The notes below the pieces were generated by a model, which worked only from the letters and a program-made list of their open reading frames with translations, made no database searches and was not told the DNA's origin. Positions 38,771 through 52,100 of a stretch of DNA of 64,000 bases are shown one piece after another. How positions within the stretch are numbered: the first letter of the stretch is position 1; every line of letters starts with the position of its first letter. Source of the stretch: Phoronis australis (Eukaryota > Animalia > Phoronida); the NCBI GenBank assembly GCA_002633005.1, contig NMRA01001002.1, forward strand, positions 1-64,000. The letters run 5' to 3'. The translations under genes were made by a program, and so were the position numbers.

Positions 38771-40973
38771 GAAATATGTGCAACTATCTATAATTGAATT
38801 GTGACAGACCTAATAATTTTTGTTGTGCGTCAATTGAACAAGTAATAGGGTTTGAGAATAACAAAAAGCAAATTTGCATTGGCTGAGAGTGTGCTATTTG
38901 GCAATACTGACAGGGCTATTGGTCTAGTATTATTCAGTTTTATTACTGTGTGCAGCCCTTGCTATCCATTTGGCTAAATAAATAAGGTACTAATTGGGGC
39001 CCTGCACAAAACATAGACCAAATCTCGTCCTCGCGGAGATGATTCAAAATTCGTTACAAACGGGGAAACCACTGAACTAAACAAGATAAGCTTAGGGACT
39101 TCCATGAAGCAGGGGAACCTGATTCGTCGCTTTATGTGCCTTTCGAAAGTGGTGGCGACTGCGGAGGGAAAGGGGCAGCACGATAATAGCGACGACATAA
39201 TTTAAGTATCAGCGTCCCAGGGATCTCTTTCATGATAAGAGATTTGGTTTTGAAATCCACAAATATTCCAAACTCAATCTAGCATACAAAAAATTATCTG
39301 GAAAAAAAGGAAACTCATCAATTTATTTTCGTTAGATAATTTGAATAAATTATTGCCAAGGCATCATGTATTAATGATTACTGGACTAAACCTTTACTTA
39401 GTAATTGTGAAATGGAAATATTATTACCACACTGACAGTACGTCTGTGACCTGAATACTCATTAACTGCAATCAATGGATTATCGGCAGGTCCATACTGA
39501 GGTCATAATTTAGTAAAACAAAACAAAACGCAATAAAACACGCCCGCACTTTGACAGTTTTGTTTAGTGTTTGTCTGAAATGTAAGTATAAGTACCATAA
39601 CAGCATTGACAATGGATTCCCAGCAGTACATTCTGTAAGATATTCAGGTGATGAAGTCGAGCCCACTAAATCTTTAGGGCAGGCCCTGGGTGCCAGTAAG
39701 AGAGACTGGTCGACTTCTGTGTAAACATTACCCGTCATTCGCTCCTAAAACCTGCATGCAAATTTTGTCATAATCGGCCAACAATATTTATACAAACTTG
39801 CCATTTTGGTGGGCACTCGTAGCTAGTAAAACACTTGACACATTGCGAGTCCATGTTTTTGTTAGAGTAACTGATGCTAACGCCTTCCCAAGCAGCCAAT
39901 GCTAGATTATCCAGTTGCTTACGTCTTAAGCCTCGTTTTGAATTCGATATTCTTGGGAGGAAGAAATGTAGCAATAAAGAGACAATTGAAAGTTGCTTTG
40001 ACAGATCTTTATTTTGCCTTAGTCTTTTTTGCCTGAAATTAAAGTTTAAAACAGAAATTACATAGATTCAATAGTGATATACTCAAACACAGAATGAAAG
40101 ACACTGTTGTTTCGAGTACAGACTGGCACAGAGGTAAACTTAAGAATATTCAAAATGCAAGTCACATTTATTTATGCAGTTTTAGTTCGAAGAATCGACT
40201 TCCGGCAACAAAGTCGACGTGTCATCGTGTGAAAAAAATCACCAATCACAATTTGAGGAACTGACTATTAAATAACTTTATCGACGTTGCAAAGCTGCCT
40301 GTGCCCAGTGGCATGAAACAATCCCGAAAAGGGATTATTTTCAATCCTTTACGTAGTTGTGTCGTTCTTTAATCACATATGTGATGTTGTCTCACTATCT
40401 GATTTTTACAAAGTGGTCTATTTTAACTTTTAATACATGTAAATCCTAACAATATAATCGAAAACTGCGCCTTAGTTCAATGAAAAAGACAAAGACTTAA
40501 TCCATAAATAAGGGCGTGGCCATGGAAATATCCCTACTTATTTTCATTGATATCGAGCATTTAACGTAGAGTTTATTCTGGATTCATATCAAACATACCA
40601 TGGCTTAGTGATGAAACTAAAGCAACATGAGCGAGGAAAATAATGTTTTCAGAGGTCAAAAAGTACGCAGTAGGGAACATAAATGAGTCCCTATTTTGGA
40701 TGTATTCATGCAACTGGCCACTAGCTTCTTCTACCTGGATTCTGGTTCATTTTACAGCTTTTGTCCATGATCACAGTGTGGCAGGAAAGAAAATTTCTCG
40801 CGAACCCGTCAGTCATCAATCCATAGTAGAAGAAGAAAATCCTCTCTTCAACGTCGGTAAAACAATTTCGCGGAACATTCCAGCATTTTTCCATTTTGTT
40901 ATTCACCTGAACGATTACGTTGTCATCTCCGTCGTCAGAAATGTCCCCGTGTTTGTAGGTTCAAGTTAAGTAC

Positions 40974-41293
40974 TAGTCCACGAGAGCACCAACCATGAGC
41001 GGCAAGGTGGGGGTCAGCCGATTTTCACCAAATTTGGCACATATGTAGTCCTATGGGATCTATAAACAGCGGTAAACTATTTCCTCAAAATATTGTGTTT
41101 TTCTAAAGTTATAGGTTCAAACATATTTTACGGTTTCGCAGCCATGTTTTCACGGTATAAAAACTGTCGAGTTTTAACTGTTCATATTTTTCCTTGAATG
41201 AAAGCTATTGATTTATTATTCACTTGGCATTGTTTAGTGGTGCCTATAGATTGTTACGCAGATGTCTTGAAACACGATTCCGATTTACCGCCC
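40974..41293. mobile_element. Probable left end of a DNA transposon (TAG terminus, Academ-like) running into the gap
   Basis: Begins TAGTCCACGAG, followed by ccgattttcaccaaatttggcaca, a subterminal-type sequence. No partner end visible. Confidence 0.35.
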
Positions 41294-41490
41294 NNNNNNN
41301 NNNNNNNNNNNNNNNNNNNNNNNNNNNNNNNNNNNNNNNNNNNNNNNNNNNNNNNNNNNNNNNNNNNNNNNNNNNNNNNNNNNNNNNNNNNNNNNNNNNN
41401 NNNNNNNNNNNNNNNNNNNNNNNNNNNNNNNNNNNNNNNNNNNNNNNNNNNNNNNNNNNNNNNNNNNNNNNNNNNNNNNNNNNNNNNNNN
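41294..41490. other. Assembly gap (197 N)
   Basis: Run of N. Confidence 1.
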
Positions 41491-43410
41491 CACAGGATGT
41501 TGCATAGCATTGTTAGAGGGCGTGTTCCGGGAAGGAAAGACTGAGACATATGGAAAAGGACAGTATTGTATCAGGAGAGCAGATGATTATCATTTAGCAG
41601 GGCCAGATCAAGGATTTTGAGTTAGTGTTGCCAATGACAGAGTATTAGCAAGGATTTTATTCTCTCAGACATTCACCCCACCGCACTGCCAAAGGAATCT
41701 GTGAAAATTTAATTCCGCCAATTATTAAAGCAACTGTGCAATTCGTAAAGCAAACAAGTTGACTTTCACAGTGTTGAGGATTTCACTGACAACTTCCGAA
41801 ACTGCCTCAGTTGCCGTTAATTCAAATCAGTTTCATAACAAGAGCCGTTGAATAAAGTCTATGAAAACACGACTGGAATGAGGAATATTTTGTGTATTCA
41901 AAATGCGTTTTAAAACTTAATATTTTTCTCTAATTACATCGCTTTCAGCGGTTCACTATGCAGACTGGTTACTGTGGTAAAATACAGTCAGGATTGTGAT
42001 AAATATGTCACGAGTACTCTCTCGTATGGCAATGCCACTAGGTCTAACGCCGACTTATCCCTTCACGCTTTTACGTAGCCATTCCCTGATGTCACATCAA
42101 TGATAAGTCACGAATAAACATGTCTCTGTTGCCTGGGAAGATAACTGCGATGAAAATTTCCAGTTTACGTTTTAGATTTGCGGTGTACGTGGATGGAACC
42201 GCTCCATTTGAGGAAAGAAATCTTATATTTTAACACCACAAAAAAATACCATTGTAATGTTGGGAGTCGATTGATTAAATTCTTGTTACTTGTCAGATCG
42301 TGAAGTTAGACATGTGAACATTTATTGTTTTTATGGTTGGGAGGTAGACCATTTTGGCTTACGAAACACATCATTAATTTATATTAATTTATGTTAATTG
42401 TAATGTGGTTGATAGTTCACCATTTTTGACTTTGGAAAGTTTTTTCCTGTAAATTATCTATGCATTTTTCAAAATGGCACCTTCCATGGTCAGTCACTGC
42501 AATGTCACGAACGTATTAGAGTTCCTTTTGATTGCATTTGAGAAGTCAGATTTGAATGAGTAGCAAAAACTACAGCGCCCATATTACATTTGTTTGCTGC
42601 ACATTCCTGTCCCTCCCTTCCTTTGTAATTCTTTGCAGCATTTCACACCTGCCGTGTGCCACTGTGTATGTCTCCAGCTTATGCTCTCGTCATTTAATAT
42701 CCACTTGAGAATGAGACTAGTTTGTCTCGAAATATCCTGTGCTTTTTACGTCAGTTACTTCATCTATGTTCCGTTGAGAGTAGAGTTTTATTCCGAACAT
42801 ATACATTTAAAAGACAAGGAATGAAGACTGTTTAATAACGAAACATGTCGTCTGTTCAATCAATACCATGGGTTTTTTCATAATTTGTTACCAAATTTTA
42901 ATTTCATAGATATATGTTTTATACCGTAGGCAATGATAACTAGGAATTATTATATCGTCATACGTGACATGCAAAAGTATTAGGTATAGGGCGAAGCCCG
43001 TGCTAAAATTTGTTTGCATACGACCACATCTGTCGGTTATGAGTGAGGCGGCGATAAAATCGTTTACGTCTTTGATAAATTTTCTTCGAATTCATTAAAA
43101 TTCATAATAAATAACGTCTTTTATTTATTAACGCATTATTTTCCTTTAAATTTATGGAACAGTGTAACAGTATTTGCGTAAGAATTTTGTTAACCATAGA
43201 TCTCAGGTAAGTATTAGACTGAGTATTTTTTGTACGTTTTTCGTAATAATTTTTCATTTCTTGTCAATTTTTATCAAATTATAGAGTAAGTCAGCGTGAA
43301 TGGATATACCTTTGAACTCTTTTTTTGTTTTTTTCGTTATCCATCATTTCGTTTTGCATTTGTTTATAACACCAGCACAGATTAGCAGTATAGTTTGAGG
43401 TCATCAATAC

Positions 43411-43471
43411 CTCTGGGTTCATTTTTCTTCAGTAGCTGATGTACCATTAGTCTCAATAAATCCGCCTAGAC
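43411..43471 (-). CDS. Exon 3 of secreted-peptide gene, paralog 2
   Basis: ttttaacttttaaag|gtctag|gcg...cccagag|gtattg. The phase-1 frame reads GLGGFIETNGTSATEEK*. The frame from the second acceptor is open: ADLLRLMVHQLLKKNEPR. Confidence 0.6.
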
Positions 43472-44066
43472 CTTTAAAAGTTAAAACAGGCTATAACTGC
43501 AATTATCAGCCCGTGGACGTGTGCTGGTTATCTGCCCAAGAGCGGGTATGACAGTACATGTAGTTGTTTTGTATCATGACATTCTGCTTGATAACTCTCT
43601 TATCACACGCCAGTATCATATGATAAGGGGTTTCATCTTGAATTGTTAACTACGTCACAGACATTTCATACAGTTATCCTTTTCGAGTCTGCATTTTAAA
43701 GGATGTCAAATAATAATTAACTGTGAACACATTTTGAGTAGTTGATGGCTTCGATATTTTAGTGGTTAGCGGTCAGAAATATTCCGATTTGATTTGAGTA
43801 AAAGTCCATTTCGATTTCGTTTTAGCCATCTAAACTGTAGTGCTAAATGCACTTTTAAATTTGAAATGTTCCCAACCCAAAATGTTAATACACGATGCAA
43901 GCTCGACCAGGCTCACGTTCTGTGGACGCAACAAAGTAGCGAAAACGCAAAACCTAGCAAGATATCGCCAGGCATTACAAGGACTGCACGTGATCACTTT
44001 ATTTTACATGTAACTTGCAATTTTTTGCGGAAATCCGACCAGAACACTGACAGTTATTGTTCTCAC

Positions 44067-44148
44067 CTTGGTTCACCTCATGTACCGACTCCGCCTGGAG
44101 GCAGCCCACAGCCAGCATCAATAGAATGAATACGGCGACGCACTTCAT
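44067..44148 (-). CDS. Signal-peptide exon of small secreted protein, paralog 2: MKCVAVFILLMLAVGCLQAESVHEVNQ(G)
   Basis: Acceptor gatatacag 13 nt upstream of the ATG, donor AAG|gtgaga. 17 of the first 19 residues match paralog 1. Confidence 0.8.
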
Positions 44149-45137
44149 GACTTCTATTTTTCTGTATATCAAATTCAGATCATGTTACGGAGAAACAAGT
44201 ATATATAGTGGAAAACAAGTACATGAGATTAAAACAAATTGTGGATAAACATTTGCAAACCTGTCTTGCATCTACAGAAAAATCACCATTCCGTATTATC
44301 ACGTAGAAACTGAAACATAGCAACTTGCAAGTTGCAATATTACAGTAAAGCAAATCAAAGTATTTTTCCTGTAAACCACAAGACGGAGTTTTGTTTGTTT
44401 AAGTAAGGAAGTCGACTTATTCAGCACAATTCTTGACTATTACGAGCTAATGGTATTTGAAGCTGACGATGCAGGGTAATCATTGATGTAGGGTGAAGTT
44501 CTAACCAATCGCCATTAAAAAAGAAACAATTGATTTATGGCAGTCTAAAATAACTTTCTAGAAAGTTGTTTTTTCAGTGCCTGTTGATGTAGGTGAACAA
44601 ACTTTAATATTATTATACCATTTGGCTGGTAGCAGCAACTACAAACTCCAATGATTCAACATTGACAGCTTATCTTGGACCTGGAACGAGCTTTTTGTTT
44701 TTACGATGTTTGTTTTACACATGTATGCGGATATTAAATGTACAATCAGAAGTTTTCAGAATTTCAAAAACATTATTTTTTCATTTTGATAAAAACAAAC
44801 GAATTGTTACATTACAGTTAGGCAACAAATTATTGAACGGCTTTTTAATGTTTAATGCAATACAAATCCTCATCCAATCACTTTCCAAAGGATTTTTAAA
44901 AAGTTGCATTAAAAGAGAATGCGAGATCTGTGATGTCTATTATTCAATAAGTGTCCATCATGCCTCCTAGCTTGCTGTTACAATAGAAAGTCTTTCATGC
45001 TTGGAAGCGCAATTTTCATGGCGTATACATGTAACTTGAAAACCTTAATGGCCATGTCTTGTATATCGTTTCCATTCAAGTTATTGCGAAAACCTACCTA
45101 GAAACCTAAATTATACTCACCATTATTCGACCACTTA

Positions 45138-46313
45138 CAGCCGATTTCATGAAGGTGGTTTAACAAAACCAGGTTTGACACTTAAACCTGTTCTTTTTTA
45201 ATCTGGTCTCATTTTAGACCTAAGTTACATTTCACCAACGCAGTTTAAAAGTGTGAAAGCCTGGTTTTGTTAATGCAGAGGGCCGGTTTAGTATAACCAT
45301 GTTTAAAGTATCTAAGCCACCCTGCTGTGTCGATCTGCATTAACCCAACAATGAAACTAGTGAAGTGCCTCAAAGGAGCCTGAATAATGTGGGTTTACAA
45401 TGGCACAAACTAGCACATGTAGAGTCAGTGCAGACATTTTTAAAAAGGTCTAAAAGCTGTTCTCATGAGAGAAAATTTAAAATCTGTGCCCAACACACAT
45501 ACACGCATTAAAATACATGCTCATGATTACCCGCAGTATGATAATTGTCCAAATTTGTTTTCCTGCAATTTTAGTGTCTATTTTTCGAGGCCAAAGTGGG
45601 GCAATTCCCCTACCCGGCAACATTAGATCGGAGAACAATGGAGTTGGAGCTCTGAAGAATCACAAGATGCTCTATTCAGTCAAACCCGTAGCGCTCAAGA
45701 CGAAAGACATCCTGCTTGACCAGTCGTATTCTCAGGAATCTGCAGGACACCATCCTTCACGCACTGGTCTAGACATAGGCGGATCCAAGGGGGTCAAGCG
45801 TTCCGGCCGCCCTTTTCCCTTGATTTTTGTGACATTAAATCTATAACTTTCAAATTGTTGACTTGGTCCAACCTTTAAAAAGTCCTTCACTGACCCCAAC
45901 CCCCCCTTAATCATCGCGGATCCGCCCCTGTTACGTTTGATCATGTGTGTCTGTATAACTGATTATTGAAAATAATCCATTTTCACTCTAAAACTGCGTC
46001 GTAATTGAACGCCGCGTCATCGTTCATTACACCTTTATCATGCAAGTATTACATATTTAACAGGTAAACCATGGTCCGACCAAGTTTAAAGTTGAACCTG
46101 GTTTAAGATCTTAATGCAGGTCTAAATAATATAGACCTCGTTGGTGAAATGAAAACTGACTTAGACCAGGTCTAAACTAGAGTTAAACCAGGTTTTACTA
46201 GACCAGATGTGTAAAAGTTAAGACACCTTTATGTAGTAAACTTTATCTTTAAACCTGGTCTTAATTCCAGCATAAGCTGGGTTTAACTTTAAACGACCTT
46301 TTGAAATCGGCCG
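45138..46313. mobile_element. Harbinger/PIF-like MITE
   Basis: TTA-CAGCCGATTTCAT...TTGAAATCGGCCG; same insertion site as 13433-18076. Confidence 0.85.
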
Positions 46314-46563
46314 TTTAATGGTCAGAAACATATGGTAGAATCCCAAGACAATGTTCTGTAAGTATAACTTTTCATGAGCGCATTCGGCCGAGCTCGTTCA
46401 GTACAATTCATAATTTCCCCACCCCGTTGTAAAAATATATGTAAGCTAAGCTCGAGAAAGGATCTCCCTCGAAATAGGACATTCGTCTTTTCTTATAGTT
46501 TTATGGAACTGGGCCTGATTTTCACGAGCCTTAAGCCATGGAGCCGTATGTAGCGAATATCAG

Positions 46564-47687
46564 CAGTCGATTTCATAAAGGTGGTTTAACAAAGCCAGGC
46601 CTAAGACTTAAAATTGGTCTTCCTAAACCTGTTCTGTTTTAGACCAAACTTGCATTTCACCACCGTGGTTCAAAATTCTGAATGCCTGGTTTGTTAGACC
46701 AGAGAACTGGTTCAGTAAAACCAGGTTTAAAGTGTTTAAGCCTCCTTTCTGTGTCGATCTGGATTAACCCAGAAAAGAAAGTATTGAAGTGCTTCATTGA
46801 CTGAAACCTTGATCACGTGTGTATAAATTGGTGCACACTAGAAGAATCAGTGCGGAAATTTTCGAAAAGGGTCATGAGAAAAATGTAATTTCTGTGCGCA
46901 ACACAGATTACAATACATGCTCACAATTAGCCTCAACATGTTAAATGTCCAAAATGTTTCCGTGCCATTTTAATGTTTATTTTTAGCGCCCAAAGGGGTT
47001 GCCGGATCCCTTCCTGGCAACATTAAATCAGAGACCAATGGAGGTAGAGCTCAGAAGAATCAGAAGATGTTGTCTCTAGTCAAACCCGTACCGCTTACGA
47101 CGACGACGTCCTACTCGAACAGTGGATTTCTGAGGAATTCGAGGACACCACCCAGCACCTACTGGTCTAAGCATAGGCATATCCATAGTGGTCAAGGGTT
47201 ATGGATCCCATTTTCCTTGATTTTAGTTATATCAAATCTATAATTTTCAAATTCTTGACTGGCCCCCCGGCCCTTATAAAATTTCCTTGCCCGACACCCC
47301 ACTTAAAAAACGTGGATCCACCCCTGATTCGTTTGATTTTGTGTCGTCGTGAAACTGAAAATTGAAAATAGTATATTTTTGCTCTAAAACTACGTCGTAA
47401 ATTCACGCGCAGCATCATTCAATTGCACCTACATCATGCAAATCTGTAATATTTAACAGTTAAGCCTGGGTCAGACCAAAAGTGTTAATACAGGTTTAAA
47501 GAATACAAACCTCGTAGATGAAATGAAAACTGACTAAGACCAGTTCTAAACTTGGGTTAAACCAGGTTTTACCAGACCACTTGCCTAAGCGTTAAGCTAC
47601 CTTTATGAAATGGACATTATGTTTAAATCTGGTCTAAGTCCAGTTTAAACCAGGTTTACCTTGAAACCATCGTTATGAAATCGGTTG
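46564..47687. mobile_element. Harbinger/PIF-like MITE, second adjacent copy
   Basis: CAGTCGATTTCATAAAGG...ATGAAATCGGTTG-TAA. The empty site gaatat-TAA-gtttcttacc is present at about 18295-18313. Confidence 0.85.
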
Positions 47688-47874
47688 TAAATTTCTTACC
47701 TGCACAATCACTCACCACTGTTGTGTGTACAATGTATGGAAAAATCCTTAGACGATGCTTGTATTTAAAGGATTATCAAACCCTCCTCTACTTTTTGATT
47801 GGCTGATACTTGGAACATAACTGGTAGTCTAGGCAACACGCAGTTTAACCAATCACGCATCGTATCATTCTTAC

Positions 47875-48010
47875 CTTGAACGATTCAACAGTTTCTCTAC
47901 GTTATGCTTTTCACCGTTTTATAAAGTTTGCTACAGGTTTGAACTTGCCACCCAAGTGAGAACCCTTGTATTGTTGAACTCAGGCCTTTAACTGTGCAGA
48001 CCTACAGTAA
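47875..48010 (-). promoter_or_regulatory. Paralogous non-coding first exon region of paralog 2 (TATA box not preserved)
   Basis: Aligns with 9245-9370; donor CAAG|gtaaga is conserved. Confidence 0.45.
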
Positions 48011-48107
48011 TTTGGTCATGTTTGCAGAGTGACTTTCTAAAACCACTCTGAGGTGGTGGCGTATTACTGAACAACTATTCTTAAAACCTCTCGGTCTTTT
48101 TACACCG

Positions 48108-48169
48108 ACCTCTAGTCTATATATACTGTCACGACGTTTCGGTCATGACAGTGTATATAGACTAGAGGT
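48108..48169. repeat. 28-bp inverted repeat (26 of 28 matching)
   Basis: acctctagtctatatatactgtcacgac-gtttcg-gtcatgacagtgtatatagactagaggt; absent from copy 1. Confidence 0.9.
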
Positions 48170-49109
48170 GGGGTTGGTCGTGTGGGAAATTTGGAGCACC
48201 TAAATCAATATGAAATTCTGAGTTAGTTCAAAGTGTATCACATATACGCAAGTAGTCATGTTTGGGGGAATTACTGACATCAAATTTGAACAATATAGGT
48301 TTTGACCATATAAATATTGGGAAGGGTACAAAGCTTTGATATATTTATAGCCAAGGTTGGGTGAGTTTTCTTAAACTTAATCAACGAGTTGCAAGGACTA
48401 TTTCGTGGTCCGAATTGTGCATACTCCACAATTCCGTGAGTATCTTGAATACAATCAACAGGAGATGCGACTGAGGCGATTGCAAATATGCCAATGACTA
48501 TATACACTCTATCGAAGTTTGATGCGATAGTCCATATTATTTTTTTCAAAATATGATTAACCTGTCAATTTTTAGCACGACCTCTCATTACTATATGGAG
48601 TAATTTACACTGTAGCGTCATACATTGACAGACGAACGTTTTATTGAACGAGCTGGCGTTCGGCGGCCGTTCAACTATCTGTGTGTGCATTCCTTACGGA
48701 ATAGTGTGCACCTGATCATTCGAAAATAAGGATTTCAAAAATAGTTTAATGCAATGAGGCAGCAATTTGTCATTTCGAGGGCGTGTTGTGTGTTATGGCT
48801 ATTCACATTCTATCTCATTTATGTAAAGAGTCGGCTTGCAACATTATTTCCTTGCCAATACCTGCAAGAGGGTTGGCTGGATTCTCATTTCTTATTATTC
48901 TGTCATGCAAAATCTCTTGGACATTTCTGATTTATTGAAAATTCCCCTAATTTCAAAAACTGTATAGGATTTCTTTTAGTCAAATCTTTAAGGTCGAATT
49001 TCGGAAAGTCTATAATAGGTGTCTTTGCCGATCAGGCTGGACATCGAAATGCACATTCTGCAAGCCACGGATCAGCCGCTTTGAAGTCTAATTTAGAATG
49101 ATAACTTAA

Positions 49110-52100
49110 ACATTAAAGAACTTAAGTTTTTGGAAATTAACTCAAGTTTTAGAGGAAAAACTTAAGTTCTTCCGAAAAGCTTTAGTTTTTAAAAGAAACT
49201 TATTTTTTTCTTTTTAGCGGACTTCTGTCTCATTTTCTCAGTTTTTGTTTCTGTGAGGCTGACCTTTTCATGCCCACTTCGGCAAGTGGGGGAGGGGGGT
49301 GCTCGTTCGTACCATCCCTGAGTGCGCGCATGTGCCTGCTTCTCAAAATTAAGAATCACCAATGTTACTATAGTATTTCCTATTTGACTGATTTCCTAAG
49401 GTTTGTCGGGACGATCTGGATTATTGAATGCGAAAGGACATCCCGATCCCTGTACTAGTATCCCCCAGCATAGGTCACAATGCACCCAAGTGAACTCTCA
49501 CCAGTCAACATTTATTGTTAAGCACATTGAAACTTGCAAAATTCCTATCTAATTGCACCAAATAATTCAACGCAAATAAGGAAAATCTACGTGATTTGAC
49601 TTAGGGATTGAGTATGTGATTTCGATTTTTTACCGGGTTGTGGAATACTAGAATTTCGCAAAAGTTTGCATATTCAGACTTAAAATTTTCAAATTCAATG
49701 CAAGTTCGACTGGTTTTATTGAAATCAAATATTTCAGTGTCATGGTGAAAGTGATAGTTAATCTGGGTATAACTTTACCTAGGAGTTGAGTTGAATATGG
49801 ACTGACTAGAATGATCTCCCCATGTCTGTAGGGGCATATTCTTTTCCCTCAAGCAACTTGCTTGGATCCTCAATTAAATATCTTTGCAAATGTCAGCCAG
49901 TAAAGTGATTGGTAGGAGTACGTGATATAGTACTTTTATGTTTACTGTACATGAGATAATAATTTTATTTTTACTGTAAATAATTATGGTTATGTAAGAC
50001 CCCTCGTGAAGACCATGCCAGTATCTTAAGTGGTGGGTTCAAAGGGCACATAAGGGGTCATGGACCCGGCCCCCTTAAACGCTACAAGATCATTTGGCAG
50101 TTTGGGGGCAGGGGGTGAATATCTGATGGGAAAAACCCTACTTCTGCATTAACCCCCCAACTCAAAATCCTGGATTCGCCCGGCCGTCCCTGATCTTTAC
50201 ATGGATAGCATTACCTGTGAATGGGTTATGTCTGGATTCTTACAAAGCTATCACATACTTTTATGTTTGCTAATATCTCATTGTTTTCAGGTCCCTATTA
50301 ACTTGGCGGAGTACTTGGAAGAACTACATGTAGACATCCAAAAATTTGCATCAAAACAATCACCCAGGGGTGGTATTGGGTTGTGTACATCCAAATGGTA
50401 GGCAGAGCTTCCTATGTTTAATTGTTGAAGGTTTGAATGTGAAACAATATGAAATATGTCCTTGGTTTAAACAATGGGCTTATAATCTTTAACGAGCTCA
50501 CTGTTTCGTGTAGCCATTTGGTCAAGTCAATGTAAAGTTTCTTGGTTTTGCTATAAGTTTCAAAAAGTACACGCGGAAATATACATGTGAGAATGAACTT
50601 TCAGTTCTAACCCTGGTTGTGGCCGTTGAATGTCCATGGAACAGCTAGTTAGTATAAAACTTTACTAGCTCTGCTCATTATGTAGAGTTGGGTATTGTCT
50701 TGTCAGATTAATGAATTAAACAATGAAAAGTTAATAAAAGGAATTGGAATTGTGTACTGTGGTTTATTGAAGTTGCCAATAGTTTCATCATCTGATAAAA
50801 GTATTAATCAATTTTTCATAGAACTTGAACTAAAAAGTTACAGAACACGATACCTGGTTAGCCTGAAGTCCAACTTTTATTAACACACTAAGTTTTGTGA
50901 CATGCACGGTTTGTTCTAGATTGTGATAGCATGGTAGGTGTTTATGTGCATGTTTTGTATTCAAGTTGTGTAGATTAAATCAGTTTTTGGCCACAATAAG
51001 GTGTGTAGAATAAAATTGTTTTGAATGTTGCGAATCCAGGATTAAAACTTCATTCAAAACAGTAAGTGGAAAACTGACCCACTGCAGTGCATGATTGGAG
51101 TAAACTTACAGACTAGTCCTGCACTTGAATCCTGGAGAGGGATTGATTAAATTTTGAGTTTGAAGACTATTTTCTAGTCTCTGTATATAAGTCAGTAATT
51201 TTTACAAATCAGTGTTGTATATACAGCACGATAAATATCCAGCAAGTTAAGTTGTCTTAAATTGATACCTTTTACCAGTCTGTTATTAAAATGTGTTGTC
51301 TTTATTGCAGAGTGTGTCTTCAAGAATCGCTGGATAAGGAAGGCTACCTAGAAAACACAACGTACGCACTTACATGTATGAACTGCATCTCATAAACCTA
51401 TGAATTCAGTTATCTGAGCTCAGAAACGCGTTTGTAGTCACAAAACCTGGATTATTTGCCTGTGAAGCTAAGCGAGCAGCTCCAGCTGAAGGAGATTAAG
51501 TTGCTTGTGGTCTAGCATAGGGCCCTATCACATTGACTTAACTCTTGTCTAAACGGAGCGTTGACGTATACTGCGAAGTTAACTGGTCCGTTCATTCTGG
51601 CTTCGGTAGTTAATGAACTTCGACGTAAACAGTAGTTGACACTGTCGTGATTGAAGGTTGCGCAAGGTAGCCCTGCACCCTAAGATGCGATAATTTGGGA
51701 ATATTTATATGTGTTAATTGAAATAAAACTTATTTTTAAATTGATTGGTGATTATTAGAGCAAGGTATAAGCAACTATTAGCCATCACACTACTAAGCAA
51801 TTGTTAATGATAACAGTGGCCCCTGGCAATAACTTCGATAGGACCAAAGTTGGATGTTTATACTGCGCCACAGCGTTGACGCTAAGCATTTAAATCCACC
51901 TGTTTAGTGCGAAGTTAACTGGTACTGTTAACTACCTTCCAGGAGGAAAGTTTAAGCGTTCATATTGACAGTAACTCTTAGTATGAAAGGCCCTATACAC
52001 TGTAGATATGTGTGTGAAGTTCAGTAGCTTTAAATTAGAGGAAAAAGAATATGTTTGTGGTCAAAAGTCTAAGTTTTCTAATTTCCATCTCGTATAACCA

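Noticed and set aside
41198-41620. ORFs spanning the N run
   Set aside because: Artefacts of translating the assembly gap.
42580-42740. Minus-strand CCKELQRKGG..C resembling a macin antimicrobial peptide as the missing mature exon
   Set aside because: Too few cysteines, weak acceptor, phase incompatible with the upstream donor, and absent from paralog 1.
43419-43421. Conserved in-frame TGA (also at 5189-5191) read as selenocysteine
   Set aside because: No SECIS element identified, no redox motif context, and the substitution pattern favours another frame in which these bases are AAT GAA.
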